DNA from: Girardia tigrina
Taxonomy: Eukaryota
Reading direction: 5' to 3'
Length of the DNA: 64,000 nucleotides
Assembly: GCA_001938485.1 (NCBI GenBank)
Contig: MQRK01233895.1
Location: 1 to 64,000 of the forward strand
In this document: positions 1 to 13,321 of the stretch, in pieces
How the letters are laid out: each line of letters opens with the position of its first letter
How positions within the stretch are numbered: position 1 is the stretch's first letter
Translations under genes and position numbers: made by a program
The notes under the pieces: model-generated
The model's database searches: none
Told to the model about the DNA's origin: nothing
The model's input: the letters and a program-made list of their open reading frames with translations, nothing else

Positions 1-499
1 TTATATGATTTTGATTCATATTCCTTGTCTTGTAAATAATTAAATTAATGAGATTTAGGAGTAAATTGATAACGAAATGGAACACACAGACATTTGAATT
101 CATAGTTAACATCTTTTTTAAAAAAAAAAAAAATAAATAATATAATCTCCCCCCTAGGGGAATACTTCGTGTGAACCCAAGATGTATCTGATTATTTTCA
201 CTGGCGAGATTATAGGGCCAGATGAATATGGTTGGGTACGATATGGATCTCTGAGAAGTGTCAGTTAGAGATACTTGGCGGAGAGCCATATTAAAATAAT
301 ATGTTGGATAAAAGGGGTTTGTTCCCTTATTAATTTGAAGTGGCATAATTTATACATATATATAAACAAAATCTAGTTAAAAAAATCTAGATCAGGAAAA
401 TCATCAAATCTAACATTAGTGGTACTGAGACTGACGCTGACAAAATTGTTGAACATTTGTCCTAGGGGAATCAGATTTTGATACACAGGCATCAAATGC

Positions 500-587
500 A
501 TGTAAGATTTTGCTGCCCCTTGCCAAAAATTTGTACCTGATGCCCGGTGCGGCTCGCATCTGCCGCACTACCCTAGCTACGTAACTG
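500..587. mobile_element. GC-rich terminus of a hAT-like DNA transposon/MITE
   Basis: Ends ...CCCTAGCTACGTAACTG (reverse complement CAGTTACGTAGCTAGGG); partner end not found. Confidence 0.35.
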
Positions 588-929
588 CAGCAAGACCATT
601 AAGTCATCGACTCTTATCGATAAAAGAATAATTCATTTTTCTTAGTGTTTCAAAAGAATGATGCATTTCGGAGTCATTTAAAGTTAAACTGCGGTCAATT
701 TGACAGTACCTAGAGTTATAGTGGAAAAATATGAAATGGGGAAAGTATTAAATATATGATATTAATAATATATGATTTCAGTAACGTAATTATAAATGTT
801 TACGTTGCAATTATCAATTTATTTGATATTTTCGATAGTTTAACATGTAACGTTTGTAGGATTTAAAATAGAAATTAATCAATCTTTCCATTCTTTTTAT
901 TAGCTTACTTTCTATATATATATATATAT

Positions 930-1253
930 TGAAGGCCTCTTACTCAATCGATTTTCTTCAAACTTTGCACATTTACTCATTCTCGATGACAATAAATGAT
1001 TATGTGAAAATTTGTTCAAAAAAACTTTTAAAGGTCCCAAAATGCGAAAAAAACTGGAAATTCGGAGTTCCTGATCAATATTAATTCAAAAAGATCTACT
1101 TATAAATGATAAGTAGTTTATATAAATTTTTATTGTTTTCTTAATTAAAATTTTTAAATGTTAATTTTTTTAAATTTTAAAAACATTGTTGGCAAAATAG
1201 AATTCTGTCTACAAAAGGAATGAATATAGAAAATAATTTTTGATTTACTAGTT
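930..1253. repeat. Dispersed ~325-bp repeat, copy 1 (DINE/Helentron-like non-autonomous element)
   Basis: Aligns with 21279-21603 and 36128-36457 (TACTCAATCGATTTTCTTCAAACTTTGCAC...CTCGATGACAATAAATGATTATG...TTTACTAGTT). The class assignment is inference. Confidence 0.75.
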
Positions 1254-3172
1254 CATAATTAGAAATATTCAACTGTTACGGTTGATGTTTTTTATTAAAA
1301 AATAAAATAACTCTAATGCAACTCTTACAAATTGAATATTTCATATACCATTATTTTCAGTGAAATAAATTGTTACAATAAACCTTCATGTTTATGTGGT
1401 AACTGAAATTAAAAAATCTGAAAAAATGAAGACACTGCACGAAAAACTATATTTAAAAACTCTAAATCTTACAAACACTCAATTTAAACAAATGAATTTG
1501 ATTTGCCTATTAAATTCCTATTATATCTCACTTGCTGCTCGTTTCTCTGCCTGTCCTCTATCTCCCGCTGATCGACTCAGTCACAGATAGCTGTGAGTGG
1601 GGCCTGTCGCACATGAATGATATGATAAGGCCTACCGTCTACATGCACTTGATTCGGCAGATTTAGACCGATATATATATATATATATATATAATACCGT
1701 TTAAAAACCGATTTAACTAATCTGATCTTAATCTTTACAGATGACGGCACAATTGATTTTGAATTTCTGTGAAATTTGTCAGATTGGAGAGTCGTTGGAT
1801 GGGAACATTCCAGATCCTATTTCCAAATTCTATTTCCAAAAGTTATATTTAATTTATTTATGGTATAAACAACTAAAAGAATAAATGCAATGATTTACTA
1901 AAGAAAGAAACATAAAATAATGAAATTCAATACTGTAATATTACTTTACAATTAGTTTGACATGAATTCATGCACTATTCCTAATAGTACTTTAATTAAA
2001 AATAAGTCTAAATGAAAAGTATTTGTGAAAATGTATTGATAATTTTTTCTTAATACTTCTATCCAAAGAACTCTAAGACAAAATATGTAAATAATAAATC
2101 TATAATTTGTTCTTCCTCGTTTACTAATTTAATATGAATAAAAGTTGGTGTCCAATGAATCGTGTAGTAGAGCATGTTAAGAGGACAACAGAAATTTCAG
2201 AAACAATTATTTGACAAAAATTTGTATTTTAAAAATTTTCTTTTGTCCAGTTCTTAAAAAAATTAACTACTTCAAGTAGGATTATTATTTATGATANNNN
2301 NNNNNNNNNNNNNNNNNNNNNNNNNNNNNNNNNNNNNNNNNNNNNNNNNNNNNNNNNNNNNNNNNNNNNNNNNNNNNNNNNNNNNNNNNNNNNNNNNNNN
2401 NNNNNNNNNNNNNNNNNNNNNNNNNNNNNNNNNNNGTATTTTGTATGTTGTTATATGTTGATGTTTCTGTTGTGTGTCTTCTACCCAGATGGTTAATTGA
2501 TATTTTTGAGGGTTTTATCATTTATATAGTTGGAACCGAAATTCAAATTCGAAATCTTGATACATTATTTTATTTTCCGAAATTCATTTAATCTTTCCAA
2601 ATGGGAACATATACAGAGACGGTGTTCTAAGCAAATCAAACCCTTCAGAGTGTATTTTCTCAGATTTAAATTTCAAGAATATTCTTACTCATATTGTGAG
2701 TTAGTTTGGCCAACAATGGGCAAATAACTTTCTATTTCTCAGTTCCCCGAGGCGGGGACGGACGACTGTGGCGATAGAGCGTTGTAACTGTACTTCGCAA
2801 TTCACTCTGCGACTTTATATTTATATATATTTTTATGTATGAAAATGATTTACCTATTGATATTTTTCGAAAACTAATCTCTCTAAAGCATATTGATATA
2901 GCTAAAGAAAATTGATAAACCTATTTTTATAAAAGAACTAACTTGAAAGTGATTTTTCAAATCTCTCATTTTAAGCAATTTGAGAAATTTTCATTTATAT
3001 AAGTTATTAGTAGGGCACGGAATTTAATGACTTTAAAAATCAAAAAAATGACTCTATTTTAGTTTCTCTCTTTCCGGGTGAGATATTATTTTGTTCTTCC
3101 CATCTGCCAATAGAGTCGCCACCGTCACCAATCCACCGCAGTTACACCACTACGCCACTCACTCTGTTATCA

Positions 3173-3203
<31 letters not shown>

Positions 3204-4454
3204 TTTAATTGAAATTGATATTTAACGTAATGGCTTAATGAATTAATTCCGTATTACTTCCGAATCACTTTAATTTCCGGACTCAAACGTGCACTCTCTC
3301 TCACACAATCCAAAAAAAATATTTGGCGCAAATTTTTGAATTAAAAATATAGAATATTTTGAAAGTGTGCAATGCGTCTCGGATGTGATTGAAGTAATGA
3401 AGGATAAATCGATCAATTTTGATATGAAAGCATATATAGATATTGACGATTTATATGCTGATTTGAGTCGGTCACAGATGACAGCACAATTGATTTTGAA
3501 TTTCTGTGAAATTTGTAAGATTGGAGAGTCTTTGGATGGGAACATTCCAGATCCTATTTCCAAATTCTGTGAAAGGGAATCACGCGGTCGTGGTGAAACG
3601 AAGATGAAAGAATTAAATCAGAAAATCAAGAGACTTTCGAGTAAATTAAATTTTTTCCCCCAATCACACGTTCTCCCCACCACTCCAGGGTACAGCAACC
3701 GCGCTGCACACGCTCTCGCATCAAGTTGAGTTAAAAATATTTTTAATTTTGTAGTTCAATTATTTCATATTAACACCATTCGAATCATTCATATAATTGT
3801 AGAGAAAGCCCCAGTTACATTAAAAGGATTCTAGGAAATTAGTACGAATAGAAATTTATAAAAATATAAGTTTTGAAAAAAAATTTATTTTGACTTTATA
3901 ATAAAAAATGTTTTTGTATTATGATTTGATTAGAAATTTTTTAAACATTTTCAATAGCTGTAATAACTTGTGTTAAAAATATTTTGGAAAAAGTTTAAAA
4001 TACATAACACATTTACTGCAAGGTTTATATAGATATATGTGGACCGTGGTATGAAACAGTAAGAAGAGAAAGATACATTCTCGGAATGATAGGTCACTTT
4101 AACAAGTATATCAGCTTGATGGTAATCAAGCGACAGGACGAAGAATAAATTGTACAAACAATATTACAAAAATGGATACTAAAATTTGGTGCATGAAAGG
4201 AGATACATGTTGATTGTGGTAAGATTTCCGAGGCAAAAAAGTTAGAGAAATGTTGGAGACTAAAGGAGTTAAAATAATTTTCTCCAGTTCATACCACCAC
4301 AATGCAAATAGAATAATCGAAAGACATTCGAGAATTCATTCAAGCTAGTTTAAAAGAAAGGAATGCCATGAGTTGGGCAGATATATTACAAGAAATGGAA
4401 TTCACATTAAACGCAACAAAACAAAAAAACAATAGACAGACAACAGTTGTACAA

Positions 4455-4793
4455 TGTATAAAGGATATTAACAGCCGAAGTCTTATTACAAGATTTATTA
4501 CGACTAAAATGGTCTGTAATCAACGTTTGGGGCATGACTTGTTTCTTCAATTGATTCTTCAAAAATTTTCCAAAATCTGCAATGATTAAAACAATTGTAT
4601 TTTTAATTAATTGTTAAATAACAATTAATTTATTATACAATTAGTAATATAAAATTTTAAATTCGACAATAATTGACTTCAATTGTCTAGGGAGAGATGT
4701 CATGCTTCAAACACCAACCAGTCTCAAACATACATTAAAACTCATTCAACAATCACTCAACATCATTCAAACATCATTCCAATATCCCTCATA
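4455..4793 (-). repeat. 3' LTR of the Gypsy element
   Basis: Near-identical to 6697-7032; short terminal inverted repeat AAGGATATT. Confidence 0.92.
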
Positions 4794-6696
4794 TCCTCCT
4801 CTGTTTAAAAGGCTTTAGCCATTCTACATTCCTAATGATTGTTTTCCCGTTTTCTAATTGTAGTTCATAACTTCTCTCATGCACTTTCTTAATTATTATT
4901 GCCGGACCAATAAAACGAAATTCATCTTTCGATGCATTGTTCTTCTTTATTAAAACTTTTTCTCCTATTTCGAAATTTCTGATTGTGCCGATTTTTCCCA
5001 TGTTCTCTTCTTTCCATTTAATTTTTCCAATTGTCTCGTTGTTTTGATTTTACTTTATCCTTCCTGTCTTTCCACCAATGTGTTATTTTTCTACCGAATA
5101 TTATCTCTGCAGGGCTCACTTCATTTGTTGCCTGAATAGTACAGTTCAGCATGAATTCAATTTCCGGAAGTAGTTCCACCCAATTTTATGTAATCCGTCC
5201 TCCATTCGTATACTTATTGCGCCCCTTATTGTTCGAAATTGTCTTTCTATAATTCCATTAGTGTTGTGGTGAGAGGGGATCGAATAAATCAAACCATTAT
5301 TAAAAGTTTTAGCTAATGACTTGGTTAACTTTGAATCGAAAGTTTTCCCCTTATCCATGTGTATTTCCTTAGGAGGACCATGCTTCCAAATCCATTTTTC
5401 CAAAAGGATCCTCTTTATTGATTGTTCATCTTGATGAGCCATAGCGATTAAACATATATATATCTGCTGAAATGATCTATAATTGCAAATATATATTGCT
5501 TATCATGAATATTTTTTTAAAAGGTCCACAAAAATCAATATATATTTTCTGAAATGGTTCCTCTGATATCTGCTTTATAATTTCTTCCTTTGTCTTTGTA
5601 GTTTGTGTCTTTCTTTTCTGACAATTTACACAACTTTGCACGATCTCTTGTTATGATGCTCAGATCTTCCATATCGAAATCATTTTTTATATAATTATAA
5701 ACTTTTTTGGAACCAGCATGACAAAGTAGTTTATGAATCTCTGTAATAAATTCATCTCGTCTTTCTTTTTTTTATTATCTTTTGATATCACTATTCCGTT
5801 AACAAGCCTCCATTTTTCCAATTTATTTAACTTAATTAAATTCTTAATTTCCATAATTTCAGTGTTATTTACTTGCCACATGCAACCTTCTTCTTCTTCA
5901 CTCAATGCTAAAATTTTAGTTTTAATTCTGACTTTTTTCGCATCTTCATGGATTGTTTGGCATTGATTGCACAATTCAGAAGAATTCCTAGATAGTGCAT
6001 CCGCATTTGAGTGTAAACTTCCTTTTATATCATTTCCATGTCCAGGCCACTGAGAAAATTGATCCATGTTTGAAACTGCGGAGTTATTCGGTTTTTTGTG
6101 GACATCATAAACGTAATTGATCAGTTATGATCAGTTCGCAAAAGGAAATTCTTTCCGTATAGAAAGTGTTTAAAATGTTGGGCAAAATAATATATAGCAA
6201 GTAATTCTTTCCTTGTTATGCAGTATACGAGTTCATGTTTATTTAATTTGTGGGAACCTTATGCTATTACTCTTTCTGATCCATATTCGTCTTTCTGTGA
6301 CAAAACTGATCCAATTGTGTCAAAACTGGCGTCCGTATCTAAAATAAATTGTTTCTCTAAATCTGGATAAGCCAAAACAGGAGCCTTTGTCATCTGTTCC
6401 TTAAGTTTCCGAAATGGAACTTCACATTCGTCAGTTCATTTTAAATTTTTTCCATTATTTTTACCACAGATACTTTCTAAAGGTTTAGAATATTGTGCGT
6501 AATTTTTAATAAATTTCCTATAATAATTTGTTAAACCCAAAAAACTCCTAAGATGTTTTATACAAGAAGGACTCTGAAAATTATTAATTGCTTCAATTTT
6601 GATCTCATCTGTTTGAATACCATCTTTAATAATAATATATCCAAGAAACTTAGTTTTCTCAGTCATAAAGTGACATGACATATGGCGTGGTCGCCA

Positions 6697-7032
6697 TATT
6701 AAGGATATTAACAGTCGAAGTCTTATTACAAGATTTATTACGATTAAAACGGTCTGTAATCAGCGTCTGGGGCATGACTTGTTTCTTCAATTGATTCTTC
6801 AAAAATTTTCCAAAATCTGCAATGATTAAAACAATTGTATTTTTAATTAATTGTTAAATAACAATTAATTTATTATACAATTAGTAATATAAATTTTTAA
6901 ATTCGACAATATTGACTTCAATTGTCTAGGGAGAGATGTCATGCTTCAAACACCAACCAGTCTCAAATATACTATAAAACTCATTCAACAATCACTCAAC
7001 ATCATTCAAACATCATTCTAATATCCTTCACA
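6697..7032 (-). repeat. 5' LTR of the Gypsy element
   Basis: Starts TGTGAAGGATATT on the - strand and is followed by the PBS. Confidence 0.92.
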
Positions 7033-7143
7033 CAATGGAAGCAAAATAGTCCGAGATGATACAAGACAAAGAATAAAAGAAAAGAACATCCCTTAAGGAA
7101 ATGAGACCAAAAGAGTATACAAAGTTGGAGATATGGTCTGGAT

Positions 7144-7265
7144 GGTTCCATGACAATTCGACACACGACAATTTGACACAAGACAATTCGACACAATTTT
7201 TTTAATTCGACACAGTAAAAGGTAATTCAGTCTGCCATATTATTTTGAACATAGATTTAAATTTT

Positions 7266-7296
<31 letters not shown>

Positions 7297-8926
7297 AATT
7301 TAATATAAAAAATCATTTTTTATAAAAAAATATGTATTTCATATAAAAATATCAATTTAATATGAAAAAAATCAATTTTTATGGTATTAAAAATAAAATA
7401 TTTGTTTAATTATTTATACTATTTAGACTTTTTCAAATTATTAAATACGATCGATCTGTTCACTATGGAATTCACTACTACTCAGAGAGGTAATTTGGTC
7501 CTTATTTATCTAGAGTTTGAGTACTCTAAATTTCACACTAATAATTGAGTCATAACTTGGAGATGCAGGCAGCATCAAAGTACAAGATGTCATGCTTTCC
7601 TTAAGTCATCTGACGACCATAGTACCATTGTGTGCTTTCCATGTAACCAATCACATCATTCCTGCCCTCAGAAGGTTTTGGCAAACATTGCTCAAAATAA
7701 AATGAAGGTTGCAATGAAAGAAGTAGGTGCCACTACCCGAAATGTGATGTGCCATGCATTACGAAGCTTGATCTTGGACATTCTTGGTCATATGCCTAAG
7801 AAATCATCAATTGTTAGTACCTTGCATAGGCAGAAACAGGCTGATCATATTCCCAATCCAACTGCACCTGACTTTGTGATTCCTGACAAATATTCTGTAC
7901 TAGTTTTGTATGATTCCGGGACTAATGATCCTAACAGAGTTTTCGCATTTGGTGACAGAGACCTGTTACTTAAACTTTGCAATGACACCATTTATGGTGA
8001 TGGAACATTTGACAAGTCACCTGACATATTTTATCAGCTTTATACTTGGCATTCTCAAATAGGTACATAATATCCACCTTGCATTTACTTTCTTTTGCAA
8101 AAAAAGGATACAGAAACCTATCACACGATGTTTCAAATTCTAAAACAACTACTGCCGCAGTTGTCACCAACAAAAATCTTGGTTGATTTTGAAAAAGTAT
8201 GCATGAATGCGGCAAAAGTCACATTTCCCGATGTAGATGTTCGAGGTTGCTACTTTCACTTCTGTCAAAGTCTTATCAGAAAAGTCAACACTTTTGGATT
8301 AAATAATGAATATGAAAGCAACATTGACATCAAACTTAGGCTAAAATCACTTTTTGCCTTGGCTTTTGTGCCTGATACTGATGTCAGGAATGTTTTTGAT
8401 ATTCTTGCTGCAACATTCCCTGATGAGGATAGATACAATGAAATTCTCACATATTTCTTATCAACTTATATTGAGGGTGCTCTTGGTAGAGCTCCTCAGT
8501 TTCCAATAAGATGTTGGAACCATTTCGATTCTGCTGGTGAGCAAACACCAAAAACTACAAATTGTTGCGAAGGTTTCCACAATGCTCTTAATGCCATATT
8601 TCAATGCAGCCACCCCTGTATTTGGACCTTACTTGATGGACTTGGAAGAGATATAACTTGTCACAGACTGACTTTGGTAAATGCACTGTCAGGTCGTTCA
8701 GAGGTTGTAAAGAAAAAATATGTATCATTGAGTGAGGCTATTGCAATGGCTGTGCATGATTACAATTTGAATGCATCGAATGTTGATAAACTGAAATACT
8801 TGCGTTGGCTAGCTAATTTGCAATGAATAAAATGTTAAAAATTAACCTTTACTGTGTCGAATTAATAAATGTGTCGAATTAAAAAATTTGTGTCGAATAG
8901 TACGTGTGTTGAATTGTCTGGTTACC
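7144..8926 (+). mobile_element. Mutator-like (MULE) DNA transposon
   Basis: ~80-bp imperfect TIRs built from AATTCGACAC repeats (7144-7228 / ~8842-8926) flanking a transposase; no clear TSD. Confidence 0.9.
7465..8826 (+). pseudogene. FLYWCH-MULE transposase with two in-frame stops
   Basis: One frame throughout: MEFTTTQRGN..WRC..C (FLYWCH), YGDGTF, LVDFE, GCYFHFCQ, TTNCCEGFH. Stops at 7546 and 8068. Confidence 0.9.
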
Positions 8927-9334
8927 ATGATAGGAACTATAGGCTGAAGGATACACATGATAAACAAATAATACGGAATGTTGAAAAATTAAAAAATTAA
9001 AAAAAAGAATGTGAAGGACAGGTAAAATTTTTGAAATAATTTATTTTTATAAAGCATTTTTAAAATAAGAAAATATTTAAAATCAAAAGTTTTCTAAACA
9101 ATTATAATTAAAAATATCTTTAATTAATTTTAAAAAATTATTTTCGGAAATAATTGAATTTTAATTGTAGTAAAAAGTTAAATTAAAATTAATTGGGAAA
9201 TAATGGATTTTTTAAAAATTATTGATTTAAAAGAAATATATAGAGACAAGGATAATTATGTTTTGTATTAATTTTAAAAGTTATTCTGAAAAATAAAATA
9301 ATGAAATTTTTGTTACCAGAGATGTAAATTAAAA

Positions 9335-9996
9335 AAAACAGATAATTTGAAATTTTAAAGTCAGTTTGAAATTCTGTAAATTAAAGATTTGACAAATATT
9401 TAATTCTAAACAGTTTTCGTAAAAAATAAAAATTAAAACTTTTATCATTAATGTATCGTAATAATAATAATAAATTTGAATATTGTAAATTATTTTTTGT
9501 ATTTAAATTGTATTTAAAATTTGTATTGTATTTAAAAAAATGTAGTTAAAAAATTGTATATTTTTGTATTTTAAATAATTGTAGGTAATAAAATGCTTTT
9601 AAATTGAAATATTGATAATAAATAAAACGTTAAAATCTTTTATTAATTAAAATGTTTTCACAAAAAATAAAATAACATTGAACTAATTCTAGAGTATTAA
9701 AAAATCATATTTGTTAACTTAGTAAACATTATGACTAAAATAAATTATGCTGATTTTAGTTTAAATTAAATTGCATAAAAAAGTGGAATGTAAATTTTCA
9801 AAATGAAGAGAATAAAAAAAATCAATTTTAAAATAGTTTATCAGTATTTATAATTCCATATTTTTATATATAAAGAATCTGATCAAAAAGAAAACGAAGA
9901 AAAGTTCCTCGACGAAAAATTATTTAAATAATTGTTATTTGTGATAGAAATAAAATTTGGTCTTAATGAGTTATAATCTCGATCAAGAATCCAACA
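9335..9996. repeat. ~660-bp AT-rich repeat; second copy at 30730-30949 + 33829-34276
   Basis: Colinear high similarity; the second copy is split by the Penelope insertion. Confidence 0.85.
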
Positions 9997-9999
9997 TAT

Positions 10000-12900
10000 G
10001 TCATGCTCAAATCACTCCCTTAATTTGGCTTGCATATCTGCAGCTTCTGTCGTGGTTCACTCTGTTACATGTTTTTGCACATTGGTGCGATTGTTCTCTT
10101 TCTTTTCCGTATCTACGTATCACTGGGATGTCTTGATTCATGAGACTGGTTGAAGTATAAAGCGGATTGTGGAAAATAGATGGAGAACTCGATCAGATGC
10201 TGTTAATATGTTGGTCGTGACTGCTCTGGAGAAGCTCACCAAAGAAGGAGAATATGTGACTACAAGGTCATATACATCTTTAATTCTATCATCAGTACTG
10301 TCATCTCCATTTCTGTCGCTTCTGAGCCTTTGAAATTCTGTTCTACCAGAGGTCAATGGTGCCCAGAAGTATCTTCAAACAAAAAGACTGGATCTGAATC
10401 AAAGTTCTGTCAGGCTCATAGCTCTGAGAAATTGCATTTTGAAGAAAAGAGAAAAATGATGGACAGTAAATTGGACGAATCCAAGAAGCTCTGTTTTGAA
10501 ATGGGGATAAGCATCGAGCGTCGAATTTGAAAAAAGAAAAGAATGTATGTTGAGGAATTGATTGATGATGTAGCGATGAAATTTGATGCTGATTGTCGAA
10601 GATAGGTTGATTGAGGAAATATATTTAAGATTTCAACAAGTTAATGATCTTGCAAACAAATATGATGTCATTACACCATCGAATCTCTTTGATGATAAAA
10701 ACTATTGTCAACTTGATGAAATAAAAGACAAGGTTGAGAAAAAAGAATTCTTAGCTGTAAGTAGAAGACTTTACTATTTGTCCGAGCTTCAGGAAACGAC
10801 AGAATCAACAGACCTTTAGGACTTTTTAGCTTCATGCAGAGATGTCACCTTGGTGACTCCGTTCATAATATTGTAATCTTGCTGCGCATCTGTCTTACCC
10901 GGTTGCCAGCTGCGAATGCTCGTTTTCCAAACTAAAGCTTATTAAGAACCATCTCCGATCTACAATGAGCAAATCAATGCTTACAGACTTCGCAGTTCTT
11001 CCCGTTTAGAAAGAGCATGCTGCTAAAATGAATTTCGATACTGTTATCAACAAATTTGCAGAAATAAAAGTGCGGAAAGTTCACTTGTAAATTGTAAATA
11101 AAATTGTAAATTTTGAAATGACTTCGTTACTTGGTAATTTTTAGTATTGCAAGAAAACTATGAAATTAAAGTTGTTGTATCTCCGAGGAAGATGAAATAT
11201 ATTTCTTCGTTTTATGTTTATTTGATTTCATGTTGAAATTCAGTTTCTTTCTCAAAAAAAGACTGGTCTTAACCGTCCCACATGTCAAGGGAACATTGTT
11301 CAAGGAATCGTCGCTGTGCTTCGTCACAATCTGTTTCTTCAACGCACTCGTACTGCAAGGATTTTTAGAGGAATTAATCGTATCGAATTGATTAGTCATA
11401 AAGAGATTGATTTGATTAAAAGAAAATTCATTGAATTTTGATTTCCCGGGAACAATTTCCCCATTGACACTCTCGGTTTCGGAATAATCCTCAGACGAAT
11501 TATTAACGACGCGTATTCACGAATTGTAATGATCGGAATTTCTCAAGATAAATTCTTTATATTTTTCAATAGTGAAACAAGAAGGAATCTCATATCTTGA
11601 TAAATTGTATTCAGTCGGAATTTATAATGCCCGATAAACACCGATTCCCCCTCAAATCTATCGACCATGCAGTCTTTCACTACAGCCCAATCGACAAATC
11701 GTCCTGCGTGAATCAAAATCGGCACCGTGGGTGATGATTTCATCCCTGTCAAAGCGCCGAGTGAGTTTTTTAATTGGTTTGTAGAGAAGCAAGAGTAAGC
11801 GAGACTGGCCGGTGATTGATGACTGAGGCGTTCGATTGAAAATAGAACTATTCCCGAATAAATATAAATTAATTTTAAAATGATTGGAAGACAATAGAAG
11901 GAGAAATTTCCTTTATCGAAAGAAATTAGTTTCGATAGCAGCCAGATTTGGAGTTTTCTTTCGAAAGAAAATCCTGGGCGAACAAAAATCAATTGATCTC
12001 TAAAAACATCGCAGCTCAGTTGCATGAACCGTCTCATTGTCACTATTCGATAATCAATCGATAGAAATAGAGCATTTTTATTCTTTGGTATAAAAGCGTC
12101 TCTCATAATCGAATAATATCGATTCAAGAAAGAATTTTTCAAATATTGATTATCTTTATTGATCATTTTCGTGCAATTATGACAATTCGTATTATATGAC
12201 AATTGTCTCTCATGGTCGCACATTCACAGCTCTGAGACAAACTGACAATATTTATGAACAGATGCTGTTTGAATAGAGCTTTTTCAATAGCGGTTTTATT
12301 ACAATGAACATTGAGAAAATCGTCATCCGATATGAGAATTTCTTTCAAAATGGTTGTGATGTGTTTGGAGTTGAACTTTTTTGGAATTTACTGTATCAAC
12401 TATGATTATATGGACTTTATCCATGGAGAATTGCGATTAATACAAACTTAGTTATTCGTCTTTATTTTAGTAAATTATCAATAATTAGTCATTTCAAAAT
12501 TTTTACTTTTTAAAATTTGTGACAATAGTCACGTGTACAAAATGCATTATATTGATGCATTAAAACAAATTTTCAATTTAAAAATTACTTTTATAATTGC
12601 AATTCTTTTATTTAATTTTGACAAATTCTTTACAGAAAAAACTTTAACACACAAAGACAATATGCAACATTTTTTCTCCCAAAACACTACGACACGCACA
12701 CATTAACAAACAATTTCTTTTACACTTTTATAATTCCTATAGTACATGTTATTGTTAAAAGATCTTCAACTATTATTTCATTGGATAATTATATTCAACC
12801 GATTTTTTAAGGTTAGAATTTCGTATCCTGCTGTTGTTAAATGAAACGCACTGTATTCCCATATTTTTATTTAAACAATCAAACTTCAATAGGAATCAAT

Positions 12901-13222
12901 ATAGATAAGCAATAATTCAATTTTTTTGTGATCATTAATCATTATATTTAAATTACTTACTATTTAAATTTATTTAAACTTAATTTAATTATGTTATTTA
13001 ATTTATCTGTTTAATAATTTATTTGATTTAATTAAACTTATTTAGTTAATTTTTTAACATATACTTTTAATTTAATTTATTTAATTTACAAATGGGCTCA
13101 AGTAAGACTCGAATGGAATCACAACGCGACCATAAGTAAGGATTTTGAGAACTCTATTTAATTTTTAGAGAAGACAAATCTTAGGATCGCTCCGGGCGCC
13201 AAAAACAGTTGCTACCCCACTG
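10000..13222 (+). mobile_element. Degenerate hAT (ZMYM1/P52rIPK-like) transposon 3' part, interrupted by a ~2-kb insertion
   Basis: hAT dimerisation domain ASCECSFSKLKLIKNHLRSTM...INKFAEIKVRK at 10900-11090; terminus ...GCTACCCCACTG at 13222. Confidence 0.75.
11166..12423 (-). pseudogene. Disrupted intronless ORF (~400 aa) of unknown function, probably element-borne
   Basis: Track ORFs 12163-12348, 11543-12223 and 11166-11399 can be joined through an A-run slip, a short duplication (AATTGTCATA) and one further frameshift. ATG at 12423; CxC...CxxC motif. Family not recognised. Confidence 0.55.
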
Positions 13223-13321
13223 GGTTAAGAGGAACGATTATCAAAAACAAAAATTGAGTTTTTTCCATTAAGAAATAAACAGGATATGAAAAAAATTATA
13301 ACAGATTCAATAGGAAAAAAG

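Larger units (their letters stand above)
4455..7032 (-). mobile_element. Internally deleted Gypsy LTR retrotransposon with both LTRs
   Basis: Direct ~340-bp LTRs at 4455-4793 and 6697-7032. PBS-like TGGCGACCACG at 6696-6686 (tRNA-Arg-like) and PPT at ~4794-4807. Broken RT C-terminus (FLGY, LRSFLGLTNYYRKFI), RNase H (DTDAS, RKELLA) and integrase (HHNTNGIIERQF, GPA). Confidence 0.93.
3960..9330 (+). mobile_element. Degenerate Gypsy integrase plus start of 3' LTR (outer element), split by two insertions
   Basis: Integrase remnants at 4030-4450 (YIDICGP, YHHNAN, EMEFTLNAT), 7033-7143 and 8927-9000 (HDRNYRL..IIRNVEKLK). Purine tract followed by TGTGAAGGA at 9010. Confidence 0.75.
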
